Positions 20,701-35,700 of a stretch of DNA of 64,000 nt are shown here, in pieces. Source of the DNA: the human T2T-CHM13v2.0 reference genome, Homo sapiens; the NCBI RefSeq assembly GCF_009914755.1, contig NC_060948.1. One strand, given 5' to 3'. Position numbers and translations under genes: made by a program. The notes beneath the pieces are model-generated. The model was not told the DNA's origin. It did not search any database and saw only the letters and a program-made list of their open reading frames with translations. Each line of letters opens with the position of its first letter. The first letter of the stretch is position 1.

Positions 20701-23700
20701 GAATGTAATGGAAAGCAAAAAAATGGAATCCAAAATCATTGACTGGAAAGGCTGGGTGTCGAAAGGAATTGACTCCAATGGAATGGAATCGAATGGAATG
20801 GAAGTGAATAGAATCGAACTAAATCGAATGGAATGGAATTGATAGGAACGGAATGGAAAGGAATGCAATGATTTGGCATGGAATGGAATCGAATGGCATC
20901 GAATGGAATGGAATGGAATGCAATGGAATGGAATATATTAGAATGTAATGAACTTTAATGGAATGTACTCGAATGGATTCGACTGGAATGGAATGTTGTG
21001 GAAGTGAATGGACTCCAATGGAATGGATTCGAAAGGAATGGAATCGTACGGAATGGAATCTAATGGAATGGAATTAAATGGAAATGAATCAAATTGAATA
21101 GCACGGAATTGAATTGAATGGAATGGAATGCAATGGAATCTAATGAAACGGAAAGGAAAGGAATGGAATGGAATGGAATGGGCTGGAATGGAAAGGAATC
21201 GAAACGAATGGAATGGAATCGAACTGAAGAGACTGGAATGGAATGCACTGGAATGGAAGGGAGTGTAATGGAAGGTTCTCGAAAAAAATGGAATCGAATG
21301 GAATGGAATTGAATGGAACGGAATAGAGTCGAATGGAATTGAATGGAATGGAATGGACTAGAGTGAAATGGAATCGAACCACAAGGAATGGACAGGAATA
21401 GAATGGTCTCGAATTGAATGGAATCGTATGGAATGGCATCAAACGGAATGGAATGGACAGCCACGGAATGGAATGCACTCGAATGCAATGGAGTCGAAAC
21501 TAATGGACTGGTATAGAATGGACTCGACTGGTACGGACTCCAATGGAATGGAATCGAATGGAAGGGAATCGAACGGAATGGACTCGAAGGGAAAAGACTG
21601 CAATGGAAAGGTCTCGAATGGAATGGAAATTAATGGAATGGAATGGAATGGAATGAAGTGGAGTCAAAAGGAATGGAATCGAATGGCAAGAAATCGAATG
21701 TAATGGAATCGCAAGGAATTGATGTGAACGGAACGGAATGGAATGGAATCCAAAGGAATGGAATAGAATGGAATGGAATCGAATGGAAAGGACTCGAATG
21801 GAAATCACTCGAATAGAATGCAATTTAATAAAATAGGATCAAATGTAATGGAATGGAATGGAAAGGCATGGAAACGAAAGGAATGGAGACAGATGGAATG
21901 GAATGGAACAGAGAGCAATGGTATAGAATGGAATGGAATCATCTGGAATGGAATTGAATGGAATGGAATAACATGAAATGGAATGGAATGGAATGGAATG
22001 CCCTTGAATTAAATGGACTGGAATGGAATGGACTCGAACAGAGTGGAATGGAAAGTGTTGAGATAGAATGGAACGGACTCCTTTGGAATGGTGTAGTATG
22101 CAATGCAATCGACTGGCAGGGAATCAAAAGGAATGTAATCGAATGGATTGGACTGGAATGCAATGGATTCGAATAGATTGGAAACGGAATGCAAAGGAAT
22201 GGAATGGAATAGTATGGAATGGAATGGAAAGGAATGGAGTGGAATAGACTAGAGTGGAATGGAATGGACTGGAAAGCAATGGACTGGAATGGAACTTTCT
22301 TGAATGGACTGGAATCAAACGGAATGGAATGCAATGCAATCAAATGGCATGGAATAAAATAGAATGAAAGAGAATCAAACAGAATTGAATCGAATGGAAT
22401 CGAATGGATTGGAAAGGAATAGAATGGAATGGAATGGAATTGACTCAAATGGAATGGACTAGAATGGAATGGATTCGAATGGAAGGCAAAGGAATGGAAT
22501 CTATTGGAATGGACTGTAATGGAATGGAATGGAAGGGATTGGAATGGACTCGAATGGAATGGACTGCAATAGAAAGGATTCGAATGGAATGAAAAAGAAT
22601 TGAATGGAATAGAACAGAATGGAATCAAATCGAATGAAATGGAATGGAATAGAAAGGAATGGAATGAAATGGAATGGAAAGGATTCGAATGGAATGCAAT
22701 CGAATGGAATGCAATCGAATGGAATGGAATCGAATTGAATGGAATAAAATGGAAGAAAACTGGCAAGAAATGGAATCGAAATGAATGGAGTGTTATGGAA
22801 CGGACTCAAAAGGAATTGAATGTAATAGAATGGAGTGGAGGGACTCGAATATAATGGACTGGAATGGAATGAAATCACATGGAATGGGAACGAATGGAAT
22901 GGAGTGGAAAGGAATGGAATCGAATGGAAAGGAATCGAATGGAAGGGAATGAAATTGAATCAACAGGAATGGAAGGGAATAGAATAGACGGTAATGGAAT
23001 GGACTCGAATAGAATGGAAACGAATGCTCAAATTGAATGGACTCGAGTGGAATGGAAACGAAACGAATGTCATCGAATGGAATTGAATCGATTGGAATGA
23101 AATCGCATAGAATGGACTGGAATCAAATGGAATTGAGTCGAAAGGAAAGGAAGCCAATGGACTGAAATGAAATGGAATGGAATTGAATGGAAAGTAATGC
23201 AATGGAATAGAATGGAACGAAATTTCACGGAATGGAATCAAACTGAATGGAATCAAATCAATGGAATATAATCAAATGGAATGGAAAGGAATTGAATGGA
23301 GTAGATGGGACTGGATGGGATTGGAATGAAATGTACTGGAAAGGACTCGAATTTCATGAAACGGAATGGAATGAATTGGAACGGAATGGACTCGAATGGA
23401 ATGGAATGTCATGGAATGGCATCAAATGGAATGGAATCGAATGCAATGGAATGCTATGGAATGGAATGGAATGCATTGGAATGGAATGTCCTCTAATGGA
23501 ATGGATTCGAGTGGAATGGAATCGAATATAATGGAGTCGAATGAAATGGAATTGAAAGGAATGGGATCGAATACAATGGAATATACTGGAATGTAACGTA
23601 ATGAACTCGAATGTAATTGACTGGAATGGAATGTACATGAATGGAATGTAATCGAATGGAAAGTAATCCAATGGAATAGAATCTAATGCAATAAAATCGA

Positions 23701-26700
23701 CTCAAATAGAATAGAATGGAATGGAATGGAGTGCAGTGCAATGGAATGGAAGGGAATGGAATGCAATGGAATGGAATGTAATGGAATGGAATGGAATGGG
23801 ATGGAATGGTATGGAATGGATAGTAATGGACTGGAGTGAAATGGACTGGAAAGGAATGGACTCAAATTGAAAGGGCTCGAAAGGAATGCAGTCAAATGGA
23901 ATGATCTGGAATGGAATGAACACGAATGTAATGCAATCCAATAGAATGGAATCGAATGGCATGGAATATAAAGAAATGGAATCGAAGAGAATGGAAACAA
24001 ATGGAATGGAATTGAATGGAATGGAATTGAATGGAATGAGAATGAATGGAGTGAAATTGTATGCAGTAGAAGAGAATAGAATGGAATGCAAGCGAAAGGA
24101 AAGGAATGGATTGGAATGGAATGGAATTCATTGGAATGGAAGGGAATGTAGTGTAATGGACAGGCCTGGAATAAAGTGGAATGCTACGGTCTCGAATGGA
24201 ATAAAAATGTATGGAATGGAATGCAATGAAACGGAATCGAATGTCATAGAATGTAATGGAATGCAAAAAAATGGAATCCAAAATCATTGACTGGAAAGGT
24301 TGGGTGTCGAAAGGAATTGACTCCAATGGAATGGAATCGAATGGAATGGAAGTGAATAGAATCGAACTAAATCGAATGGAAGGGAATTGATAGGAACGGA
24401 ATGGAAAGGAATGCAATGATTTGGCATGGAATGGAATCGAATGGCATCGAATGGAATGGAATGGAATGGAATGGAATGGAATGTATTAGAATGTAATGAA
24501 CTTTAATGGAATGTACTCGAATGGATTCGACTGGAATGGAATGTTCTGGAAGTGAATGGACTCCAATGGAATGGATTCGAAAGGAATGGAATCGAACGGA
24601 ATGGAATCTAATGGAATGGAATTAAATGGAAATGAATCAAATTGAATAGCACGGAACTGAATTGAATGGAATGGAATGCAATGGAATCTAATGAAACGGA
24701 AAGGAAAGGAATGGAATGGAATGGAATGGGCTGGAATGGAATGGAATCGAAACAAATGGAATGGAATCGAACTGAAGAGACTGGAATGGAATGCACTGGA
24801 ATGGAAGGGAGTGTAATGGAAGGTTCTCGAAAAAAATGGAATCGAATGGAATGGAATTGAATGGAACGGAATAGAGTCGAATGGAATTGAATGGAATGGA
24901 ATGGACTAGAGTGAAATGGAATCGAACCACAAGGAATGGACAGGAATAGAATGGTCTCGAATTGAATGGAATCGTATGGAATGGCATCAAACGGAATGGA
25001 ATGGACGGCCACGGAATGGAATGCACTCGAATGCAATGGAGTCGAAACTAATGGACTGGAATAGAATGGACTCGACTGGTACGGACTCCAATGGAATGGA
25101 ATCGAATGGAAGGGAATCGAACGGAATGGACTCGAAGGGAAAAGACTGCAATGGAAAGGTCTCGAATGGAATGGAAATTAATGGAATGGAATGGAATCGA
25201 ATGAAATGGAGTCAAAAGGAATGGAATCGAATGGCAAGAAATCGAATGTAATGGAATCGCAAGGAATTGATGTGAACGGAACGGAATGGAATGGAATCCA
25301 AAGGAATGGAATAGAATGGAATGGAATCGAATGGAAAGGACTCGAATGGAAATCACTCGAATAGAATGCAATTTAATAAAATAGGATCAAATGTAATGGA
25401 ATGGAATGGAAAGGAATCGAAACGAAAGGAATGGAGACAGATGGAATGGAATGGAACAGAGAGCAATGGTATAGAATGGAATGGAATCATCTGGAATGGA
25501 ATTGAATGGAATGGAATAATATGAAATGGAATGGAATGGAATGGAATGCCCTTGAATTAAATGGACTGGAATGGAATGGACTCGAACAGAGTGGAATGGA
25601 AAGTGTTGAAATAGAATGGAATGGACTCGTTTGGAATGGTCTAGTATGCAATGCAATAGACTGGCAGGGAATCAAAAGGAATGTAATCGAATGGATTGGA
25701 CTGGAATGCAATGGACTCGAATAGATTGGAAACGGAAAGCAAAGGAATGGAATGGAATAGTATGGAATGGAATGCAAAGGAATGGAGTGGAATAGACTAG
25801 AGTGGAATGGAATGGACTCGAAAGCAATGGACTGGAATGGAACTTTCTTGAATGGACTGGAATCAAACGGAATGGAATGCAATGCAATCAAATGGCATGG
25901 AATAAAATAGAATGAAAGAGAATCAAATGGAATTGAATCGAATGGAATCGAATGGATTGGAAAGGAATAGAATGGAATGGAATGGAATTGACTCAAATGG
26001 AATGGACTAGAATGGAATGGATTCGAATGGAAGGCAAAGGAATGGAATCTATTGGAATGGACTGTAATGGAATGGAATGGAAGGGATTGGAATGGACTCG
26101 AATGGAATGGACTGCAGTAGAAAGGATTCGAATGGAATGAAAAAGAATTGAATGGAATAGAACAGAATGGAATCAAATCGAATGAAATGGAATGGAATAG
26201 AAAGGAATGGAATGAAACGGAATGGAAAGGATTCGAATGGAATGCAATCGAATGGAATGAAATCGAATGGAATGGAATCGAACGGAATGGAATAAAATGG
26301 AAGAAAACTGGCAAGAAATGGAATCGAAATGAATGGAGTGTTATGGAACGGACTCAAAAGGAATTGAATGTAATAGAATGGAGTGGAGTGGACTCGAATA
26401 TAATGGACTAGAATGGAATGAAATCACATGGAATGGGAACGAATGGAATGGAATGGAAAGGAATGGAATCGAATGGAAAGGAATCGAATGGAAGGGAATG
26501 AAATTGAATCAACAGGAATGGAAGGGAGTAGAATAGACGGTAATGGAATGGACTCGAATAGAATGGACACGAATGCTCAAATTGAATGGACTCGAATGGA
26601 ATGGCAACGAAAGGAATGTCATCGAATGGAATTGAATCGATTGGAATGAAATCACATAGAATGGAGTGGAATCAAATGGAATTGAATCGAAAGGAAAGGA

Positions 26701-29700
26701 AGCGAATGGACTGAAATGAAATGGAATGGAATTGAATGGAAATTAATGCAATGGAATAGAATGGAACGAAATTTCACGGAATGGAATCAAACTGAATGGA
26801 ATCAAATCAATGGAATATAATGAAATGGAATGGAAAGGAATTGAATGGAGTAGATTGGATTGGATGGGATTGGAATGAAATGTACTGGAAAGGACTCGAA
26901 TTTCATGAAACGGAATGGAATGAATTAGAACGGAATGGACTCGAATGGAATGGAATGTCATGGAATGGCATCAAATGGAATGGAATCGAATGCGATGGAA
27001 TGCTATGGAATGGAATGGAATGCATTGGAATGGAATGTCCTCTAATGGAATGTATTCGAGTGGAATGGAATCGAATATAATGGAGTCTAATGAAATGGAA
27101 TTGAAAGGAATGGGACCGAATACAATGGAATAAACTGGAATGTAATGTAATGAACTCGAATGTAATTGACTGGAATGGAATGTACATGAATGGAATGTAA
27201 TCGAATGGAAAGCAATCCAATGGAATAGAATCTAATGCAATAAAATCGACTCAAATAGAGTAGAATGTAATGGAATGGAGTGCAGTGCAATGGAATGGAA
27301 TGGAATGCAATGGAATGGAATGGAATGGAATGGAATGGAATGGGATGGAATGGTATGGAATGGATAGTAATGGACTGGAGTGAAATGGACTGGAAAAGAA
27401 TGGACTCAAATTGAAAGGGCTCGAAAGGAATGGAGTCAAATGGAATGGTCTGGAATGGAATGAACACGAATGTAATGCAATCCAATAGAATGGAATCGAA
27501 TGGCATGGAATATAAAGAAATGGAATCGAAGAGAATGGAAACAAATGGAATGGAATTGAATGGAATGGAATTGAATGGAATGGGAACGAATGGAGTGAAA
27601 TTGTATGCAGTAGAAGAGAATAGAATGGAATGCAAGCGAAAGGAAAGGAATGGATTGGAATGGAATGGAATTCATTGGAATGGAAGGGAATGTAGTGTAA
27701 TGGACAGGCCTGGAATAAAGTGGAATGCTACGGTCTCGAATGGAATAAAAATGTATGGAATGGAATGCAATGAAACGGAATCGAATGTCATAGAATGTAA
27801 TGGAATGCAAAAAAATGGACTCCAAAATCATTGACTGGAAAGGCTGGGTGTCGAAAGGAATTGACTCCAATGGAATGGAATCGAATGGAATGGAAGTGAA
27901 TAGAATCGAACTAAATCGAATGGAATGGAATTGATAGGAACGGAATGGAAAGGAATGCAATGATTTGGCATGGAATGGAATCGAAAGGCATCGAATGGAA
28001 TGGAATGGAATGCAATGGAATGGAATGTATTAGAATGTAATGAACATTAATGGAAAGTACTCGAATGGATTCGACTGGAATGGAATGTTCTGGAAGTGAA
28101 TGGACTCCAATGGAATGGATTCGAAAGGAATGGAATCGAACGGAATGGAATTAAACGGAAATGAATCAAATAGAATAGAACGGAATTGAATTGAATGGAA
28201 TCGAATGCAATGGAATCTAATGAAACGGAAAGGAATGGAATGGAATGGGCTGGAATGGAATGGAATCGAAACGAATGGAATGGAATCGAACTGAAGAGAC
28301 TGGAATGGAATGCACTGGAATGGAAGGGAATGTAATGGAAGGTTCTCGAAAAAAATGGAATCGAAAGGAATGGAATTGAATGGAACGGAATAGAGTCGAA
28401 TGGAATTCAATGGAATGGAATGGACTAGAGTGAAATGGAATCGAACCACAAGGAATGGACAGGAATAGAATGGTCTCGAATTGAATGGAATCGTATGGAA
28501 TGGCATCAAACGGAATGGAATGGACGGCCACGGAATGGAATGCACTCGAATGCAATGGAGTCGAAACTAATGGACTGGAATAGAATGGACTCGACTGGTA
28601 CGGACTCCAATGGAATGGAATCGAATGGAAGGGAATCGAACGGAATGGACTCGAAGGGAAAAGACTGCAATGGAAAGGTCTCGAATGGAATGGAAATTAA
28701 TGGAATGGAATGGAATCGAATGAAATGGAGTCAAAAGGAATGGAATCGAATGGCAAGAAATCGAATGTAATGGAATCGCAAGGAATTGATGTGAACGGAA
28801 CGGAATGGAATGGAATCCAAAGGAATGGAATAGAATGGAATGGAATCGAATGGAAAGGACTCGAATGGAAATCACTCGAATAGAATGCAATTTAATAAAA
28901 TAGGATCAAATGTAATGGAATGGAATGGAAAGGAATCGAAACGAAAGGAATGGAGACAGATGGAATGGAATGGAACAGAGAGCAATGGTATAGAATGGAA
29001 TGGAATCATCTGGAATGGAATTGAATGGAATGGAATAATATGAAATGGAATGGAATGGAATGGAATGCCCTTGAATTAAATGGACTGGAATGGAATGGAC
29101 TCGAACAGAGTGGAATGGAAAGTGTTGAAATAGAATGGAATGGACTCGTTTGGAATGGTCTAGTATGCAATGCAATAGACTGGCAGGGAATCAAAAGGAA
29201 TGTAATCGAATGGATTGGACTGGAATGCAATGGACTCGAATAGATTGGAAACGGAAAGCAAAGGAATGGAATGGAATAGTATGGAATGGAATGGAAAGGA
29301 ATGGAGTGGAATAGACTAGAGTGGAATGGAATGGACTGGAAAGCAATGGACTGGAATGGAACTTTCTTGAATGGACTGGAATCAAACGGAATGGAATGCA
29401 ATGCAATCAAATGGCATGGAATAAAATAGAATGAAAGAGAATCAAATGGAATTGAATCGAATGGAATCGAATGGATTGGAAAGGAATAGAATGGAATGGA
29501 ATGGAATTGACTCAAATGGAATGGACTAGAATGGAATGGATTCGAATGGAAGGCAAAGGAATGGAATCTATTGGAATGGACTGTAATGGAATGGAATGGA
29601 AGGGATTGGAATGGACTCGAATGGAATGGACTGCAGTAGAAAGGATTCGAATGGAATGAAAAAGAATTGAATGGAATAGAACAGCATGGAATCAAATCGA

Positions 29701-32700
29701 ATGAAATGGAATGGAATAGAAAGGAATGGAATGAAATGGAATGGAAAGGATTCGAATGGAATGCAATCGAATGGAATGAAATCGAATGGAATGGAATCGA
29801 ACGGAATGGAATAAAATGGAAGAAAACTGGCAAGAAATGGAATCGAAATGAATGGAGTCTTATGGAACGGACTCAAAAGGAATTGAATGTAATAGAATGG
29901 AGTGGAGTGGACTCGAATATAATGGACTAGAATGGAATGAAATCACATGGAATGGGAACGAATGGAATGGAATGGAAAGGAATGGAATCGAATGGAAAGG
30001 AATCGAATGGAAGGGAAGGAAATTGAATCAACAGGAATGGAAGGGAGTAGAATAGACGGTAATGGAATGGACTCGAATAGAATGGACACGAATGCTCAAA
30101 TTGAATGGACTCGAATGGAATGGCAACGAAAGGAATGTCATCGAATGGAATTGAATCGATTGGAATGAAATCACATAGAATGGAGTGGAATCAAATGGAA
30201 TTGAATCGAAAGGAAAGGAAGCGAATGGACTGAAATGAAATGGAATGGAATTGAATGGAAATTAATGCAATGGAATAGAATGGAACGAAATTTCACGGAA
30301 TGGAATCAAACTGAATGGAATCAAATCAATGGAATATAATGAAATGGAATGGAAAGGAATTGAATGGAGTAGATTGGATTGGATGGGATTGGAATGAAAT
30401 GTACTGGAAAGGACTCGAATTTCATGAAACGGAATGGAATGAATTAGAACGGAATGGACTCGAATGGAATGGAATGTCATGGAATGGCATCAAATGGAAT
30501 GGAATCGAATGCGATGGAATGCTATGGAATGGAATGGAATGCATTGGAATGGAATGTCCTCTAATGGAATGTATTCGAGTGGAATGGAATCGAATATAAT
30601 GGAGTCTAATGAAATGGAATTGAAAGGAATGGGACCGAATACAATGGAATATACTGGAATGTAATGTAATGAACTCGAATGTAATTGACTGGAATGGAAT
30701 GTACATGAATGGAATGTAATCGAATGGAAAGCAATCCAATGGAATAGAATCTAATGCAATAAAATCGACTCAAATAGAGTAGAATGTAATGGAATGGAGT
30801 ACAGTGCAATGGAATGGAATGGAATGGAATGCAATGGAATGGAATGGAATGGAATGGGATGGAATGGTATGGAATGGATAGTAATGGACTGGAGTGAAAT
30901 GGACTGGAAAAGAATGGACTCAAATTGAAAGGGCTCGAAAGGAATGGAGTCAAATGGAATGGTCTGGAATGGAATGAACACGAATGTAATGCAATCCAAT
31001 AGAATGGAATCGAATGGCATGGAATATAAAGAAATGGAATCGAAGAGAATGGAAACAAATGGAATGGAATTGAATGGAATGGAATTGAATGGAATGGGAA
31101 CGAATGGAGTGAAATTGTATGCAGTAGAAGAGAATAGAATGGAATGCAAGCGAAAGGAAAGGAATGGATTGGAATGGAATGGAATTCATTGGAATGGAAG
31201 GGAATGTAGTGTAATGGACAGGCCTGGAATAAAGTGGAATGCTACGGTCTCGAATGGAATAAAAATGTATGGAATGGAATGCAATGAAACGGAATCGAAT
31301 GTCATAGAATGTAATGGAATGCAAAAAAATGTACTCCAAAATCATTGACTGGAAAGGCTGGGTGTCGAAAGGAATTGACTCCAATGGAATGGAATCGAAT
31401 GGAATGGAAGTGAATAGAATCGAACTAAATCGAATGGAATGGAATTGATAGGAACGGAATGGAAAGGAATGCAATGATTTCGCATGGAATGGAATCGAAT
31501 GGCATCGAATGGAATGGAATGGAATGCAATGGAATGGAATGTATTAGAATGTAATGAACTTTAATGGAATGTACTCGAATGGATTCGACTGGAATGGAAT
31601 GTTCTGGAAGTGAATGGACTCCAATGGAATGGATTCGAAAGGAATGGAATCTAATGGAAAGGAATTAAATGGAAATGAATCAAATTGAATAGCACGGAAT
31701 TGAATTGAATGGAATCGAATGCAATGGAATCTAATGAAACGGAAAGGAAAGGAATGGAATGGATTGGAATGGAATGGGCTGGAATGGAATGGAATCGAAC
31801 TGAAGAGACTGTAATGGAATCCACTGGAATGGAAGGGAATGTAATGGAAGGTTCTCGAAAAAAATGGAATCGAAAGGAATGGAATTGAATGGAACGGAAT
31901 AGAGTCGAATGGAATTCAATGGAATGGAATGGACTAGAGTGAAATGGAATCGAACCACAAGGAATGGACAGGAATAGAATGGTCTCGAATTGAATGGAAT
32001 CGTATGGAATGGCATCAAACGGAATGGAATGGACAGCCACGGAATGGAATGGACACCCACGGAATGGAATGCACTCGAATGCAATGGAGTCGACACTAAT
32101 GGAATGGAATAGAATGGACTCGACTGGTACGGACTCCAATGGAATGGAATCGAATGGAAGGGAATCGAACGGAATGGACTCGAAGGGAAAAGACTGCAAT
32201 GGAAAGGTCTCGAATGGAATGGAAATTAATGGAATGGAATGGAATCGAATGAAATGGAGTCAAAAGGAATGGAATCGAATGGCAAGAAATCGAATGTAAT
32301 GGAATCGCAAGGAATTGATGTGAACGGAACGGAATGGAATGGAATCCAAAGGAATGGAATAGAATGGAATGGAATCGAATGGAAAGGACTCGAATGGAAA
32401 TCACTCGAATAGAATGCAATTTAATAAAATAGGATCAAATGTAATGGAATGGAATGGAAAGGAATCGAAACGAAAGGAATGGAGACAGATGGAATGGAAT
32501 GGAACAGAGAGCAATGGTATAGAATGGAATGGAATCATCTGGAATGGAATTGAATGGAATGGAATAATATGAAATGGAATGGAATGGAATGGAATGCCCT
32601 TGAATTAAATGGACTGGAATGGAATGGACTCGAACAGAGTGGAATGGAAAGTGTTGAAATAGAATGGAATGGACTCGTTTGGAATGGTCTAGTATGCAAT

Positions 32701-35700
32701 GCAATCGACTGGCAGGGAATCAAAAGGAATGTAATCGAATGGATTGGACTGGAATGCAATGGACTCGAAAAGATTGGAAATGGAAAGCAAAGGAATGGAA
32801 TGGAATAGTATGGAATGGAATGGAAAGGAATGGAGTGGAATAGACTAGAGTGGAATGGAATGGACTGGAAAGCAATGGGCTGGAATGGAACTTTCTTGAA
32901 TGGACTGGAATCAAACGGAATGGAATGCAATGCAATCAAATGGCATGGAATAAAATAGAATGAAAGAGAATCAAATGGAATTGAATCGAATGGAATCGAA
33001 TGGATTGGAAAGGAATAGAATGGAATGGAATGGAATTGACTCAAATGGAATGGACTAGAATGGAATGGATTCGAATGGAAGGCAAAGGAATGGAATCTAT
33101 TGGAATGGACTGTAATGGAATGGAATGGAAGGGATTGGAATGGACTCGAATGGAATGGACTTCAGTAGAAAGGATTCGAATGGAATGAAAAAGAATTGAA
33201 TGGAATAGAACAGAATGGAATCAAATCGAATGAAATGGAATGGAATAGAAAGGAATGGAATGAAATGGAACGGAAAGGATTCGAATGGAATGCAATCGAA
33301 TGGAATGAAATCGAATGGAATGGAATCGAACGGAATGGAATAAAATGGAAGAAAACTGGCAAGAAATGGAATCGAAATGAATGGAGTGTTATGGAACGGA
33401 CTCAAAAGGAATTGAATGTAATAGAATGGAGTGGAGTGGACTCGAATATAATGGACTAGAATGGAATGAAATCACATGGAATGGGAACGAATGGAATGGA
33501 ATGGAAAGGAATGGAATCGAATGGAAAGGAATCGAATGGAAGGGAATGAAATTGAATCAACAGGAATGGAAGGGAGTAGAATAGACGGTAATGGAATGGA
33601 CTCGAATAGAATGGACACGAATGCTCAAATTGAATGGACTCGAATGGAATGGCAACGAAAGGAATGTCATCGAATGGAATTGAATCGATTGGAATGAAAT
33701 CACAAAGAATGGAGTGGAATCAAATGGAATTGAATCGAAAGGAAAGGAAGCGAATGGACTGAAATGAAATGGAATGGAATTGAATGGAAATTAATGCAAT
33801 GGAATAGAATGGAACGAAATTTCACGGAATGGAATCAAACTGAATGGAATCAAATCAATGGAATATAATCAAATGGAATGGAAAGGAATTGAATGGAGTA
33901 GATTGGATTGGATGGGATTGGAATGAAATGTACTGGAAAGGACTCGAATTTCATGAAACGGAATGGAATGAATTAGAACGGAATGGACTCGAATGGAATG
34001 GAATGTCATGGAATGGCATCAAATGGAATGGAATCGAATGCGATGGAATGCTATGGAATGGAATGGAATGCATTGGAATGGAATGTCCTATAATGGAATG
34101 TATTCGAGTGGAATGGAATCGAATATAATGGAGTCTAATGAAATGGAATTGAAAGGAATGGGACCGAATACAATGGAATATACTGGAATGTAATGTAATG
34201 AACTCGAACGTAATTGACTGGAATGGAATGTACATGAATGGAATGTAATCGAATGGAAAGCAATCCAATGGAATAGAATCTAATGCAATAAAATCGACTC
34301 AAATAGAGTAGAATGTAATGGAATGGAGTACAGTGCAATGGAATGGAATGGAATGGAATGCAATGGAATGGAATGGAATGGAATGGGATGGAATGGTATG
34401 GAATGGATAGTAATGGACTGGAGTGAAATGGACTGGAAAAGAATGGACTCAAATTGAAAGGGCTCGAAAGGAATGGAGTCAAATGGAATGGTCTGGAATG
34501 GAATGAACACGAATGTAATGCAATCCAATAGAATGGAATCGAATGGCATGGAATATAAAGAAATGGAATCGAAGAGAATGGAAACAAATGGAATGGAATT
34601 GAATGGAATGGAATTGAATGGAATGGGAACGAATGGAGTGAAATTGTATGCAGTAGAAGAGAATAGAATGGAATGCAAGCGAAAGGAAAGGAATGGATTG
34701 GAATGGAATGGAATTCATTGGAATGGAAGGGAATGTAGTGTAATGGACAGGCCTGGAATAAAGTGGAATGCTACGGTCTCGAATGGAATAAAAATGTATG
34801 GAATGGAATGCAATGAAACGGAATCGAATGTCATAGAATGTAATGGAATGCAAAAAAATGGACTCCAAAATCATTGACTGGAAAGGCTGGGTGTCGAAAG
34901 GAATTGACTCCAATGGAATGGAATCGAATGGAATGGAAGTGAATAGAATCGAACTAAATCGAATGGAATGGAATTGATAGGAACGGAATGGAAAGGAATG
35001 CAATGATTTCGCATGGAATGGAATCGAATGGCATCGAATGGAATGGAATGGAATGCAATGGAATGGAATGTATTAGAATGTAATGAACTTTAATGGAATG
35101 TACTCGAATGGATTCGACTGGAATGGAATGTTCTGGAAGTGAATGGACTCCAATGGAATGGATTCGAAAGGAATGGAATCTAATGGAATGGAATTAAATG
35201 GAAATGAATCAAATTGAATAGAACGGAATTGAATTGAATGGAATCGAATGCAATGGAATCTAATGAAACGGAAAGGAAAGGAATGGAATGGATTGGAATG
35301 GAATGGGCTGGAATGGAATGGAATCGAAACGAATGGAATGGAATCGAACTGAAGAGACTGGAATGGAATGCACTGGAATGGAAGGGAATGTAATGGAAGG
35401 TTCTCGAAAAAAATGGAATCGAAAGGAATGGAATTGAATGGAACGGAATAGAGTCGAATGGAATTGAATGGAATGGAATGGACTAGAGTGAAATGGAATC
35501 GAACCACAAGGAATGGACAGGAATAGAATGGTCTCGAATTGAATGGAATCGTATGGAATGGCATCAAACGGAATGGAATGGACAGCCACGGAATGGAATG
35601 GACACCCACGGAATGGAATGCACTCGAATGCAATGGAGTCGACACTAATGGACTGGAATAGAATGGACTCGACTGGTACGGACTCCAATGGAATGGAATC